NCBI GenBank assembly: GCA_001600815.1 | Contig: BCKZ01000021.1 | Location: forward strand, 310,001 to 374,000 | DNA from: Alloascoidea hylecoeti | Taxonomy: Eukaryota | Reading direction: 5' to 3' | DNA: 64,000 bases | Shown here: piece after piece, positions 1 to 12,054 of the stretch | Position numbering within the stretch: position 1 is the first letter of the stretch | Layout: the number at the start of each line of letters is the position of its first letter | The notes under the pieces: generated by a model | The model's input: the letters and a program-made list of their open reading frames with translations, nothing else | Databases searched by the model: none | What the model was told of the DNA's origin: nothing | Translations under genes and position numbers: made by a program

Positions 1-751
1 ATGAAAATCCATGATGTTGTCATCATATAACTAATTATGTAATTGTTTTTTAAAGGTGTTAAATGGCTAATAGTTAATACCAAATAGAGAGAAAATAGTC
101 TTTTACTTTTTCATTTGCCGGTGTGTCATTGAGCAGCGGCACATCATCTATATAATTACAATTGCAACCATAACAGATTTTCATGAGGGAATAACTAATG
201 CGCTATATTATCAAGCTGATTAAACTTTTATCGACATCGATTCATATTCATTTAAATTTCATAAGACAATTACAATTGAAAAATACACAATCGCAATTAT
301 TTTTACAGACTTACATATAAATTATATTATTAAATATAACAAGATAGTTAACTTAATTATAAATTAAAAGTTAGAAAAAAAATATTTAAAGTTTCAAATT
401 TAAAAATCAATCAAATGACATTAAGATAAGAATCAACTTGCCATAACAAGCATATAAACAAACGATATAAAACAACTCAAAAAAATAATCTTCAATTGCT
501 GAAGTCATACAAAGAGGGAGCGATAGCAGTTAAATAAAAAGAGACACAAGACCTTAGGCTTATGAGGTTATTGAGTTCGAGTAGTGTTGCTGAATTCTCT
601 CACATTTATATATAGTAATAGTAATATAAAATAGTGGATCACTATAATTGTTTATAGTCAATAATGTTGTTTATCTGTCCTCCGACACAATTTACAAAAA
701 TTAATTATTATTCTCCTCCAACGACCATAAAATTTTGAAAAAAATTATAAT

Positions 752-1540
752 TTAATCAATTTTAACATCCGATCCATTAGTAACTCCATTAACGATAACT
801 TTTTCATCACTCTTAAATTTAGCTAAACCAGCAGAAACTGTACCGTTGACTTTCCCAACAATTTCTGAAGGTAATTTTTTACCATTGGCAACTAAATTAT
901 TCTTTTGATCGTTTAATTCATTTTTTTTAGTTAGAGCTAAATTTTTGTATTCATTTAATTTTACAGAAACCAAAGAATTTGTTCTTGAATAAGCATTTTT
1001 TGAAATATTAATTGTTCTTTCAACACCAGTTGATGTTGAATCTTTTGAAATTGTAGTTGAACTTGGTAAATAAGTATCAATTACTTTTTCAATTCTATCA
1101 TTAATTGGTTCAACTAATGTATTAACTTTACCGTTTATTGTGCTGACTTTACTATTTAAGGTGGTTTTGGCAGAATCAACCTTATTATTAATAGTGGTTT
1201 TAGTGTAATCCAAAGTTTTGGTTGGTAAATCCTTAACGTCTTCTGTAGTTGTTGCCTTCAATTGTGGGATCCAAAAATCGATTTTTGCTAATACAGCGTC
1301 AAGGAAGGAATCGAGTTTTGAGACATAAGGTTTAATGTTATCCGAAAACGGTTTAAGTAGATCCAGAACTGTAGTGGCAATGTAAGAGGAAATGGCAAAA
1401 GCCTTTGCGAGAATGCTGAAGGTGAGCAGATAAGAGACCAAGGAGGTCAGCAGAGGATAAGAACCTAGATGGGAGATTGTCAAGGAGGAGAAGGTGAGAG
1501 TGGTGGAGGGGTTCGTGGTTGTTATAGTGGTAGTAGCCAT
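752..1540 (-). CDS. Perilipin-like lipid droplet protein (Pet10/Pln1/Cap20 family)
   Basis: 262 aa. N-terminal 'TISHLGSYPLL' and 'PYVSKLDSFLDAVLAKID..IPQLK' resemble fungal perilipin family motifs, followed by amphipathic 11-mer-like repeats. Confidence 0.7.
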   Translation of the reverse strand: MATTTITTTNPSTTLTFSSLTISHLGSYPLLTSLVSYLLTFSILAKAFAISSYIATTVLDLLKPFSDNIKPYVSKLDSFLDAVLAKIDFWIPQLKATTTEDVKDLPTKTLDYTKTTINNKVDSAKTTLNSKVSTINGKVNTLVEPINDRIEKVIDTYLPSSTTISKDSTSTGVERTINISKNAYSRTNSLVSVKLNEYKNLALTKKNELNDQKNNLVANGKKLPSEIVGKVNGTVSAGLAKFKSDEKVIVNGVTNGSDVKID

Positions 1541-1741
1541 TTTCGATGAATGAAGAAGTAAAAAAGAAGAAGAGGAAAAAGGAGAATTTGTGTGTTTTTA
1601 TATAAATTTTCCTTACAATTAATCCTTTAAAACATGTGAAAAAGAATGAGATGTATCTCATGCATGTCGATGCACCAGAACATGTTCAGATTTCACATGC
1701 GCATATGCGTCCAGCCCAATGCGGTAAGTGTACATTCAGAT

Positions 1742-1749
1742 CCGGGTAA
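1742..1749. promoter_or_regulatory. Reb1-type site (CCGGGTAA) in a divergent promoter
   Basis: Exact match to the yeast Reb1 consensus. Similar sites lie upstream of other genes at 37688-37695, 40200-40207, 56306-56313 and 61125-61132. Confidence 0.5.
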
Positions 1750-1806
1750 CTTGTCTGCAGAATTCTTTTAAGAATTTAAAATTTGAAATGTGTGTGAAAA
1801 TGAGTA

Positions 1807-3199
1807 ATGAAATTCGCCAAAGTTCTCCAACAAACGCTAGAAGAAGACAACGTTCCTCCCGAATGGGCCTCTGCAGCTATTCAGTACAAGAAGTTGAAGA
1901 AATGTATCAACAAAGTTGTCAACGACCTCCACGAAATCGGATTCAGCAAAGACTTTGTGGCCGAAAACATCCAATATGATATCACTTTGGAACCTACACA
2001 AAAAGACCATCAGGCCCACTTTGTGCCCAAGCTGATTGTTTGCGGCGAAGATCTCCAGGAACGGGTCCAAAAAGTCTTGATGAGTATGGAGCAGACCTAT
2101 TCGGTGGTCGCTCCTAAGGTGGTTGAAGTGGGGAATGAGAACGTTATGGAGATCCAACTCAAATCAGATACGGAGTTCTTTAACATGTTAAGCACAGAAT
2201 TATCTTCTTTAGATCATTTGAAGCAAACTTTAGAATTGTCATTGAGTAAGGAAATTAATGAAATATCAAATATTGTTTCAAACTTATCAATACCCGAAAA
2301 TTCATCTTCATCTTCATCTTCATCTTCATCTTCATCAAAAAAGAAGAATGATTTGTATACATGGAGAGAAGTTTTCAGATTATATATCGAATCTGATATA
2401 TTTTTCAAATCTCAAGCCTACGCTAAAAAACCAAGAGATGCTGAACATGCAAGAGAACGATTGCTATTATTTGATTCAAGAGTTAGAGAAACTGGTATAA
2501 TTAAAAAATTCCATTATAAAGGTAGAGGGATGGAGGCCTATACTAAATTCTTTCAATTAAATATCGATTTGATCAAAGCGCTAAGATATCAAAATTTAAA
2601 TAAGTTAGCAATAACAAAAATATTGAAGAAGTTTGACAAACAAACGGCTCTAAGGTACGTCAAACGAATTAAATCCATGTTTTTTCAGTTTTTACAAGGA
2701 AGTGGTTTTTTACCCCTCTGACTGAATTATGTGAAAAATTATTATTAAATGATTGATCTAACTAATTTTTAATTATAGTTCCTCAAAAATCATCCCAAAT
2801 TTAATCTCCCATGAACCATTTATCTCACAATCCTTTATTACAACATTTTCTGAAATAATTGGTGCACGATTACTTTCAATAATCCCTCAATTAGATGATT
2901 ATACATGTCCAATTTGTTTACAAATTGCCTATAAACCAATTAAACTAGGTTGTTCTCATTATTTTTGTGTTCGTTGCCTTGTTAAATTACAAAGACAAAG
3001 GAAAGATACTTGTCCTTTATGTAGAGAAAATGTTGTATTAGCTGCTGATGAAGGAAATTTAGATTTAGAGGCAATGGAATTTATGAAGAAATATTTCCCT
3101 CTTGAAGTTAAAAGTAAACAATCGGAGGTTGAATCGGAAATTGCAAAAGAACAATATGAAAGGATTTTAGGAACTAATTCAAAATGTAATATTCAATAA
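1807..3199 (+). CDS. SPX-domain / RING E3 ubiquitin ligase, 2 exons (1807-2654, 2779-3199)
   Basis: SPX motifs MKFAKVL, YKKLKK and KILKKFDKQT. Intron 2655-2778 is GTACGT..CTAAC..TAG. Exon 2 encodes a C3HC4 RING (CPICLQIAYKPIKLGCSHYFCVRC..CPLC) and ends CNIQ*. Confidence 0.9.
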
Positions 3200-3214
3200 A
3201 TTTGAAATTAAAAT

Positions 3215-3272
3215 ATATTTTTATTTATATTTTTATTTATATTTTTATTTATATTTTTATTTATATTTTTAT
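3215..3272 (+). repeat. 12-bp tandem repeat (ATATTTTTATTT)n
   Basis: About 4.5 visible copies between two convergent genes. Confidence 0.85.
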
Positions 3273-3363
3273 TACTTCATGACTGCTATGAATGTTAATG
3301 TTGCAATTGTTATTTATTTGTTTGCTTGTGTTGTCGAAAATAATCTTTCTATATGTTATATAT

Positions 3364-4497
3364 TCAAATTAATGTGCTAAAAATGACTATAAATAAAAAC
3401 AATGGCAAAGTTTTATCACTAAAAGCAATTATCCTAGATCCTGAATTATGGCCAGCGCTTGATTGATTTGTACTATTAGTACCATTACGGGTACCAGAGG
3501 AACCACTACTAGAACTAGAACTAACTCCGGTACTTGTTAAAGTTGTTTTTGTTTTTGTTTGCAAAAATATACTTTCAGTTGGGAATACAAAATATGGAGG
3601 TTCAGTACTTGAAATTCCATTTGTTGTTGTTTGAGTACCACTGACAGCAGTTGAACTCGGTTTAATTGTAGTAATATCATTTGCTTTATCAATTCTACCA
3701 TTTATCTTACCATCAATAGCTTCAATTGAACTCCAATCACCACTTTTATCCGTATATTTATATTCAGTACCAGTTGAATAATCTTCAACAATAATAGATT
3801 GAATATACATCGTAAAAGGAACATTATCATAATTTGTTTTCCCACCAGCCCATTCAATTGTACCTTCAGAATTACTTGAATCACCAGCTGCCCAAATCCC
3901 CACTTTAATATACTGTGGAGTTTGTGGATATCCTTCTGAAGTTGTATTTTTAACAGTTCTAACTTTAACACCATCAACGTACCATACAAGTTTTTCCATT
4001 GACCAATCAATTGTATAAGTATGGAATTCATCTTGTGGTGAATTAATATAATGAGAATTTGTTTTATTATTATCATCAACATTTCCCTTTGAAAAGAAAT
4101 TAGTTTGTCCTTGATTATTATAATCATTACCACCCAGCCATTCAAAATCAATCTCATCTCCAATATCACTTTCAAAAACAATTGTTGATACTATCCCTGT
4201 TCCTTTTGCTGCTTTTATAACTGTTTCAACTTTGCCATACATTATATAGAAATCACTTTTAATTGTTGGATTATCTAATCGTTTTTCAATTGATAATTCT
4301 AAACCAGTTTCTGTATATGTGTAATTTCCATTATTTGTAGATGCTGTAAAATATGAGCTTGGTCCTGTCAGGTCAAGTTTGATAGATTTCCCTAGTGCTG
4401 GATCTGAAGGACATGTTGTCTCTAATGGATTGCATGAACTTGAATATACAGTGGAAGTAAAGGAGCCTATAGCTATTATGAAAATAGAGAATAACAT
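3364..4497 (-). CDS. GH16 Crh-family chitin transglycosylase, GPI-anchored cell wall protein
   Basis: Signal peptide, CNPL..TCP.DPALG, catalytic DEIDFEWLG, WAGG.T, a Ser/Thr-rich tail and a hydrophobic C-terminus (CRH1-like). Confidence 0.9.
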   Translation of the reverse strand: MLFSIFIIAIGSFTSTVYSSSCNPLETTCPSDPALGKSIKLDLTGPSSYFTASTNNGNYTYTETGLELSIEKRLDNPTIKSDFYIMYGKVETVIKAAKGTGIVSTIVFESDIGDEIDFEWLGGNDYNNQGQTNFFSKGNVDDNNKTNSHYINSPQDEFHTYTIDWSMEKLVWYVDGVKVRTVKNTTSEGYPQTPQYIKVGIWAAGDSSNSEGTIEWAGGKTNYDNVPFTMYIQSIIVEDYSTGTEYKYTDKSGDWSSIEAIDGKINGRIDKANDITTIKPSSTAVSGTQTTTNGISSTEPPYFVFPTESIFLQTKTKTTLTSTGVSSSSSSGSSGTRNGTNSTNQSSAGHNSGSRIIAFSDKTLPLFLFIVIFSTLI

Positions 4498-4921
4498 CTT
4501 AATTAGAATGAATGATTATAAAATTTCCATATTCCATTCTTTATATATATAGTTTTATAAAATTTCTAAGTTTGGATTAACCAGTCTCGTATTTTAAAGG
4601 TGCATATACGGGTATTCACATAAAATATTGAAATTGCAATTGTGATTGTTTAAGCCAACCTCCTTTTTTACCTCATTTCATCTATTTGTTATGACTTGTA
4701 TGGATATTTATATTTATATTTATGTTTATATTTATATTTGCATGAATATGATCATGAATGTTAATATCGGTGTACGTTCCATTCCATAATTTAATGTTGC
4801 AACGGATTTGTTTACTATGCATATGATAATTATAATAATTATGGTTATACAAAACGAAACCTCCAAACTCCTTTCAAGAAGATCAAGCTTTACTAATATA
4901 ACATACTTAACAAAGTAACAA

Positions 4922-6951
4922 ATGGCTTTGGATAAGCAAACAAAATATGATAGACAACTACGTCTTTGGTCTCAAAATGGTCAGAGTGCTTTAGAACATG
5001 CTCATATTTGTCTTATTAATGCCACATCTACAGGTTGTGAGACTTTGAAAAATCTCATCTTACCAGGTATGTTATTATTATCAAATCATTAATATCCCTC
5101 TTTTTAACCATTTATTTGATAGGAATTGGAAAGTTTACGATAATTGATGATTCAACGGTTACTTTAAATGATATATCATCAAATTTCTTTCTGGGAGAAG
5201 AGGATTTGGGGAAATTGAAAGGACCTATTGTTACTAAGCTTTTAAATGAATTGAATTTGGATGTTCAGGGGAATTATATAAGTCAATCAGTTTATTCACT
5301 TCTTTCATCAAATATTTGGTCTCAATTTTCTTTAGTTATAACTTCTTCAATTTCAACTTCAACTTTAGAATCTTTATCTGATTTATTATTCCATCAAAAT
5401 ATTCCAATTATATCTCTTCAAACAATTGGTTTTTATGGAAGTATACGAATTATTCAAAAAGAACATTATATAATTGAAACACATCCTGACTCATTATCTT
5501 CTGATTTAAGATTAAATGATCCATGGCCTGAATTATTAGATTATGTTAATTCGGTCGATTTAAATGAAATTGATGAGGTTGATAGGGCTCATGTTCCATA
5601 TATTGTTTTATTATTAAAAAAAAGGCAAAAGTATATTGATAAGAAAATTAATAATAAAACTGGAACTGGAACTGAAATTGAAAATGGAACTGGGATTAAA
5701 AGTGGAACTGAAACTAATATCACTAATGAAGAAATATTACTTACAAGGGATGACATTGATAACATTAAAAAAGAATTAAAAAGTGAAATTAAAAGTATTG
5801 ATGAAGATAATTTTAATGAAGCTATCACGTATACCTGGAAATTAAGAGAAAATACAAAGGTAAAAAAGCCACTCCTTTTTTAACAAGCTAATGCTAACAT
5901 TTCATATTACTAGGCTCCTTCAGAAATTCAAAGTTTAATAAATGATAAGGCATTAACTAATATTTCAAGAGATGTATGTTTCTTCATGAATTTTTGTTCT
6001 TTTTTGTTTCTTTATCTTATTAACTGACATTTTTTCCCTTTAGTCTAATCCATTTTGGATTCTGTTATACACGTTAAAACAATATCTAGATTTACCAGAA
6101 GTAAAGAATACTTTACCATTAACTGGTGTTTTACCAGATATGAAAGCTGATACAAAGTCATATATTAAAGTTCAGACTATGTAAGCAATTTCTGTTTTAT
6201 GCTTTGTTTTACCAGTGTTTTTTTATTAACTGGAATTTTTTTAGTTATCGGAATAAAGCTCTTAAGGAAAAATTATTATTTCGTCAAGTATTTCATAACC
6301 TGATTCAAGAAATAGGAGGAACATCATATGAATTCCCAGATCCATTAATTGATTTGTTCTGTGCTAATTCAAAATATATAAAGATTCAAAGAGGTTCAGC
6401 CGAAAGACTTTCAAAATCATTTAAATTAAGATTAAATGATCATATATCTAATCCTGATTCAAATCCCGATTCATTAATATATCTTTATATTGCACTTTTA
6501 ATATTCACAACATTTAAGGATTATAATGCAAGTTCTCCAGGTAAATATCAATCAATGTCATCATTAACTAATATTGATGAAGTTAAAGATATTTCATTGG
6601 AATTATTAAATGAATTAAATATTTCTAAAATTGATCTACAATTAGAAAATTACTTGAAAGAAATGTAAGTAATGATAATAGGAATATTGATTTTAATTAA
6701 CACACTAACGATTCATTCCTTTTCTTGTCTTTATAGTGTACGATCTAATGGTTCAGAGATTCATAATATTGCTTCACTTATAGGTGGAATGGCTAGTCAA
6801 GAGGCTTTAAAGGTATGTTACCATCGTCTCCTCAAGAACTATGATAATTATCTAACTTGTTTTCTAGCTCGTTACTTCTCAATATGTCCCATTGGATAAT
6901 TTGTTGGTGTTTGATGGAATTTTCAGTAAAACTGAGACTTGGAAAATTTAG
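4922..6951 (+). CDS. ULA1: NEDD8-activating enzyme E1 regulatory subunit, 7 exons
   Basis: Motifs [31 protein letters not shown] and [17 protein letters not shown]. Introns at 5067-5122, 5860-5913, 5974-6043, 6181-6244, 6665-6736 and 6813-6867 are all GT..AG and preserve the frame. Confidence 0.93.
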
Positions 6952-7027
6952 ATTAAACTATGCATTGAGGTTTTTAAACTTAAAAATATATATAGTATAC
7001 AGAATAAAATTATTGCGATGATGAAGT

Positions 7028-9041
7028 TTATAAATCAAAACATCCAATATCTTGTACTTGTGCTTTATTCTTCTTCTTCCTATCTCTAATTATATCTTTC
7101 CAATCAACTTCTAAGTCACTATCACTGTCAATTTCAGGTTGAACATCTTCATTCTTTTTAGCTTTTTTACTTCTTCTTTCTTCACGTCTTGACTTTGATT
7201 CTGTTTTATCGGACCATGAAGAATTTTTCTTCCTTTTTAATTCTTTTTCTTCTTGTAGTTTTTTCTTTTTCAATTTAATTTCTTCTTCATTTTCTATTTG
7301 TTTTAACATTTCTAATTTTCTCGCATTTTCCTTCGCTTTATCTGAATATTCATATTTATCAAAATTTATTGATAAATCTAAATAACCATCAGTTGGTAAT
7401 TCATCTTTGGGAATATATTTCATCTCTGGCATTTTTGGTAATCTTAAAATGCCATATAACTTTGCAATTTCAAAATAATTTAAATCTTGTAATCTAAAAA
7501 TTGAATGAATTGTATGTTTTGAAAAATATCTCATAAATGAAACATAACATCGAACTGCTAAATCATGTCTTCCTCTATCTTCCAAAATCCAGTTTTTAGT
7601 TAATTTTAAATCAGATTCATTTTTAAGAGTTAACTCTTTTTCTGAAGATATTTTAATAATATTATTACTATCAACAACATCATCATCATTCTTGAAATCA
7701 AGTTCCAGTAAATCGATATTATATTTAACTTTTAGAAATGTAATATATTCTTCTTCTCTGCCATGACTTAACATTACTATAGCATTTCCTTTTTTATTAC
7801 CACGGCCAGTTCTACCAGCTCTATGTAGAAAAGTATCAGGATCAGTTGGTGGATCAATTTGTAAAACTAAGTCAACTTCTGATATATCTAATCCTCTTGC
7901 GGCTACATCTGTTGTTAATAAAATTGATTTTTTATTACCTTCAACGAAATTTTGTAATGATTTTAATCTTGCTGCCGATGGTAATTTACCATGATATGAA
8001 TAAAATTTTAATTTTTGAGTATCATTTTCAATTGTCTTTTGTTGGTTATTAAGAAATTTTAAAACTTGATGGAAATAAGTAACACAAATACAAGTTGGAA
8101 AAAAAACAATTGCTTTATCAAAATCAGTATTTGATAAAATATCTAATAATAATGATAATTTAAAAGATGGTTTAACCAGAATATAATGAGTCGTTAAATT
8201 TTCAGGTATTGCTGTTTTTCCTTCATTGCTATTATCATCATTATCATTTTTACCATTTGCTGATCTTGTTTGTGTAACAGTAACTTTATAAGGATTCGTA
8301 AGACCTGATTTGAAAAAAGATTCTTTTGTAATACTTTTAATAGTTGCAGAAAACAATCCAGTTCTTCTTTGTTTTGGCAATATATTAAATATTCCATTTA
8401 GTTCTCTATCAAACCCTAGATCCAATAATCTGTCAGCTTCATCCAATACTAAAATCTCACATTGCTTTGAACGTATTTGTTTTTTTGATTTTAAAAATTC
8501 ATATAATCTACCAGGTGTACCAATTAAAATTTGTGGTCTATTAAGTATAAATGATTTTTTGTCATGATTTATATCTTTTAATGATGTTAATAATTGTGTT
8601 TTGATATTTAAGATTTTCTCATCATTCTCATTCTTTGGTATAAAATCAAGTAACTTATGGAAAACATAATCAATCTGATAAGCTAATTCTTTAGTTGGTG
8701 CAATAACAATCCCTAACATATAACCTTCATCTAATCTGCCTCCACTTTCAATAAATTTTGTGACTTTCTCCAGGATCGGTATAGCAAAAGCCAATGTCTT
8801 TCCCGAACCGGTGACTGCCTCAACCACAGGATCCTTATGTCCACATAGCAAAGGGATCGCTGCTGCTTGAACTGGTGTCATATTTTCATATCCTAAGGTT
8901 CGAACTGCATCAAGACTAAATAGAGGTTTTAGTTGAGTGAAATAATAAAAGATGAAAAAACATTACTTACATCCAGGGAGATATCGTTCCTCTCAGTTGA
9001 TTCCAGCTACTGGATTTTATTTCAGACTTCACCTTTGTCAT
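7028..9041 (-). CDS. SPB4: ATP-dependent DEAD-box rRNA helicase, 2 exons (9041-8971, 8915-7028)
   Basis: MTPVQA..IP, AVTGSGKT, DEADRLLD, QRRTGLFSAT and HRAGRTGR. Intron 8916-8970 (GTAAGT..TAG) restores the N-terminal WILDAV..LGY. Confidence 0.93.
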
Positions 9042-9130
9042 TATTTTCGATAGCAGTCTCAAAGAAATAAGAAGATTTTAAAATTTCCTTTCAATTTGAA
9101 ATATATTTTTCAAAAATTTATTTACTATGT

Positions 9131-9140
9131 ATCACGTGAT
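9131..9140. promoter_or_regulatory. Cbf1-type E-box (ATCACGTGAT) in the SPB4/DEG1 divergent promoter
   Basis: Palindromic TCACGTGA. TCACGTG also occurs upstream of SNF8 (~10878) and MPS1 (~40815). Confidence 0.45.
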
Positions 9141-9209
9141 ACAATTTTTCATAAAAGAAAGAAAATAAATCTAAAAAAAAAACCAAAAAAATCTTCGTTT
9201 GGTTTTTTG

Positions 9210-10771
9210 ATGAATATTTTAAATAAGAATATATTATACAAATATTCATCATCAATAAGTACCAGATACTTTAATTTTAATCGCAATCACATTTTTGAAA
9301 GAAATATAACAACAACAACGCTTCCAGTTGCAACAACTTATAAACTTGGAAGACTAATGTTAACAGATAAAGAAAAAGAATACGAATCTTGGGATAAATC
9401 TCTTTTAGTCCGTCGTATTGTTGAATTAGAAAGGTATATTATTCTTTTTTTCTTTATTTTAAATTATGTATATTAATATTTCATATCAAATAGAAAACTA
9501 AGAAAAAGTGAGGAAGTCTCTTACACAAAACCGTTTGATTTCAGTAAATATGATACAAGATTCGTTGTACTAAAGTTTGCATATTTGGTAAGTGATAATT
9601 AATCATTATAAAAGAAGTTTTGCAATCAACTAATGATGATTGTATAAAGGGTTGGCCATATACTGGTTTAATGTACCTTAAACATGAAAAAGATGCTCCA
9701 ACAGTAGAAGGACAAATCATAGATGTTTTGTATAAATGCAGATTAATTCCTTCAAAAGAAATTCAAGAATTTAAATTAGCACGATGTGGAAGAACAGATA
9801 AAGGTGTTTCTGCTTTAAATCAAGTTATATCGTTACACCTTCGAAGTAAATTAACAAAAGAAGAACAAATGGACCCTCAAAATGATTCTAAAGAATTAAA
9901 CTATGCCTCAATTCTAAATTCAAATTTACCAAAAGATATAAGAGTTTCGCAAGTTTGTTTAAGACCCCCGGAAGATTTTGATGCAAGGTATAGTTGTAGA
10001 GGTCGGCACTACAAGTATCTATTTGATAAACAAGATTTAGATCTAGATATTATGAGAAAGGCAGCGAAATACTTCGTTGGGGATCATGATTTTAGAAACT
10101 TTTGTAAACTGGACGGTTCAAAACAACTTGAAAATTTCACAAGAACAATAATTTCGGCTGATATAATACCAGCATTCGATACAAATAAAAGTAATAACGA
10201 TGGAATTAATTCAAATATCTACTGCTTTGATTTAAAAGGCGCTTCATTTTTATGGCATCAAGTACGTTGTATGATGGCTATTTTATTTCTAGTGGGTCAA
10301 AAACTTGAATCTCCCGAGATTATTAAATATTTATTGGATGTCAAGTCAAACCCCAAAAAGCCACATTATCAACTAACTTCGAGTGTTCCATTAATGCTGT
10401 ATGACTGCTTCTTTGATGACATGGAATGGATACCCGCAGTAACTCCCGCAGAGATCATAGATCATAATCCTATGGGAAAGCGGGTTGAAAGAAGTAAAAG
10501 AGGTTGGTATGCTTTATGGCATGAACATCTAATGAAAGAAGAAGTTTCTAGATTCATGTATAATATGTTAATACAACGTACTGAAGAAGCAGCAGTCGAT
10601 ACAAGCATGAACACCGAAGAACCCAAGCCAGATGTCGTAGTCCTCAATTTGGGAGATGGCGAGGGAAGCCAAAAAAGGAAATATGTTCCGATTAAGGATC
10701 GAGCGGTAATGGATTCTATTGAAGTTCTGAACGCTAGATGGATGCAAAAAAAACGACCACGTTCTGAATAA
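9210..10771 (+). CDS. DEG1: tRNA pseudouridine(38/39) synthase, 3 exons (9210-9433, 9494-9587, 9650-10771)
   Basis: Spliced FDFSKY..RFVVLKFAYLGW, catalytic RCGRTDKGVSA, HDFRNFCKLD and FLWHQVRCMM. Introns are 9434-9493 and 9588-9649. An alternative in-frame start lies at 9357. Confidence 0.92.
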
Positions 10772-10942
10772 TCATAATCATAATCATAATTTTAATTATA
10801 TATAATATATTTATACTTATATACTTGTTTGTATATTTTAAAACTGTTTGATATTTTTTGAAATGATTTTGTGGAATCACGTGCACCGATCTGTCTTATC
10901 TCCACCGAACTTGAAATCATACAGTATTATTACAAATTTAAA

Positions 10943-11704
10943 ATGAACAAAAGATTTGGATTAGCATCTCTTGATGGTCTTGAGCGAACCACACAACAAT
11001 TTTCAGAACTTGGTACATCTTTAATAGAACGTCAATCACAAGAATTATCAACGCAGTTAGAGGTATTCCAATCGGCCTTAGCAAATTTCGCAACTGAGCA
11101 TCGAAATGAAATTAGAGAAAATCCAAAATTTAGGTCAGAGTTTACAAAAATGTGTAACTCAATCGGTGTTGATCCGTTGGCTTCGAGTTCAAATAGAAAA
11201 GGGAATGATAAAAGCTTTTGGGCAAGTTTATTAGGTAAAGATGTTAATGATTTTTATTACGAACTGGGTGTTAAGATAATAGAAATCTGTAGATTTACTA
11301 GAAATGAAAATGGTGGAATAATATCAGTTAAAGAAGTTTCAAGGCGATTAACTGAAAAATCTCTTAATAATATTACCGAGCCTATATTAGTTACGGAAGA
11401 TGACATTGAACAGGCAGTTAAGCAGTTAGAAGTTTTAGGTCAGGGTATAACAATAGAATCCTTGGGAAACAAAAATATGATTCGAAGTATACCGAAAGAA
11501 ATAAGTAATGATCAAAATAGTGTTTTGGAAGCTTGTAGTATTATGGGACATATTAGTGTTTCAATGTTAAGGGATAATTTAGGGTGGAGCCGGTATAGGT
11601 GCTTAACACTTTTACAAGATATGGTTGCTTCCGGTATATTATGGATAGATGATCAACCTAGAGAAACACTATATTGGACACCCAGCTGGATTGAAATGCT
11701 TTAA
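10943..11704 (+). CDS. SNF8: ESCRT-II subunit Vps22
   Basis: FGLASL, FTKMCNSIGVDPLASS, DFYYELGVKIIEIC and G.LWIDDQ..E..YW. The first ATG is at 10943. Confidence 0.93.
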   Translation: MNKRFGLASLDGLERTTQQFSELGTSLIERQSQELSTQLEVFQSALANFATEHRNEIRENPKFRSEFTKMCNSIGVDPLASSSNRKGNDKSFWASLLGKDVNDFYYELGVKIIEICRFTRNENGGIISVKEVSRRLTEKSLNNITEPILVTEDDIEQAVKQLEVLGQGITIESLGNKNMIRSIPKEISNDQNSVLEACSIMGHISVSMLRDNLGWSRYRCLTLLQDMVASGILWIDDQPRETLYWTPSWIEML

Positions 11705-12054
11705 TATCTTCAACATAAATGGCTGAATTTACTGACATTTTGGAAATCATCAATCCAAATTAATAATACTAATTTGTATATGTAAATTTGCATTCAATAC
11801 AACTTGTACTTGTTATTATTAATTAGGATATAGTGCTACTGTAATGTTAGCCTATTATTATTTTTGAATGGATTAACACTTCTGGTATTGTGTTCAAAAG
11901 AAAGAATTTATGTTTACGATAAAGTAAGTAAACCTGAGATTAAAGTAAATATGATAATGTAATAAAGAGTTTTAAATAGAATGTTTTTCATATTTCTTAG
12001 TTTCTTCCTTAGAAGTTCATTAATCTTATATACATTTGGTTAACTAAAAAAAAC

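Noticed and set aside
3702..4181. Alternative-frame ORFs inside real genes (also 15193, 36380, 48855)
   Set aside because: Shadow frames caused by codon bias, with no domain signal.
5191..6064. Alternative CUG decoding (Ser or Ala)
   Set aside because: CTG occupies conserved Leu positions in ULA1 (NFFL, FWIL), which fits the standard code; this rests on few codons.
9131..9215. ATCACGTG followed by an AT-rich run as a point centromere (CDEI-CDEII)
   Set aside because: No CDEIII-like TTCCGAA follows. It sits in a short divergent promoter, so an ordinary Cbf1 site is more likely.
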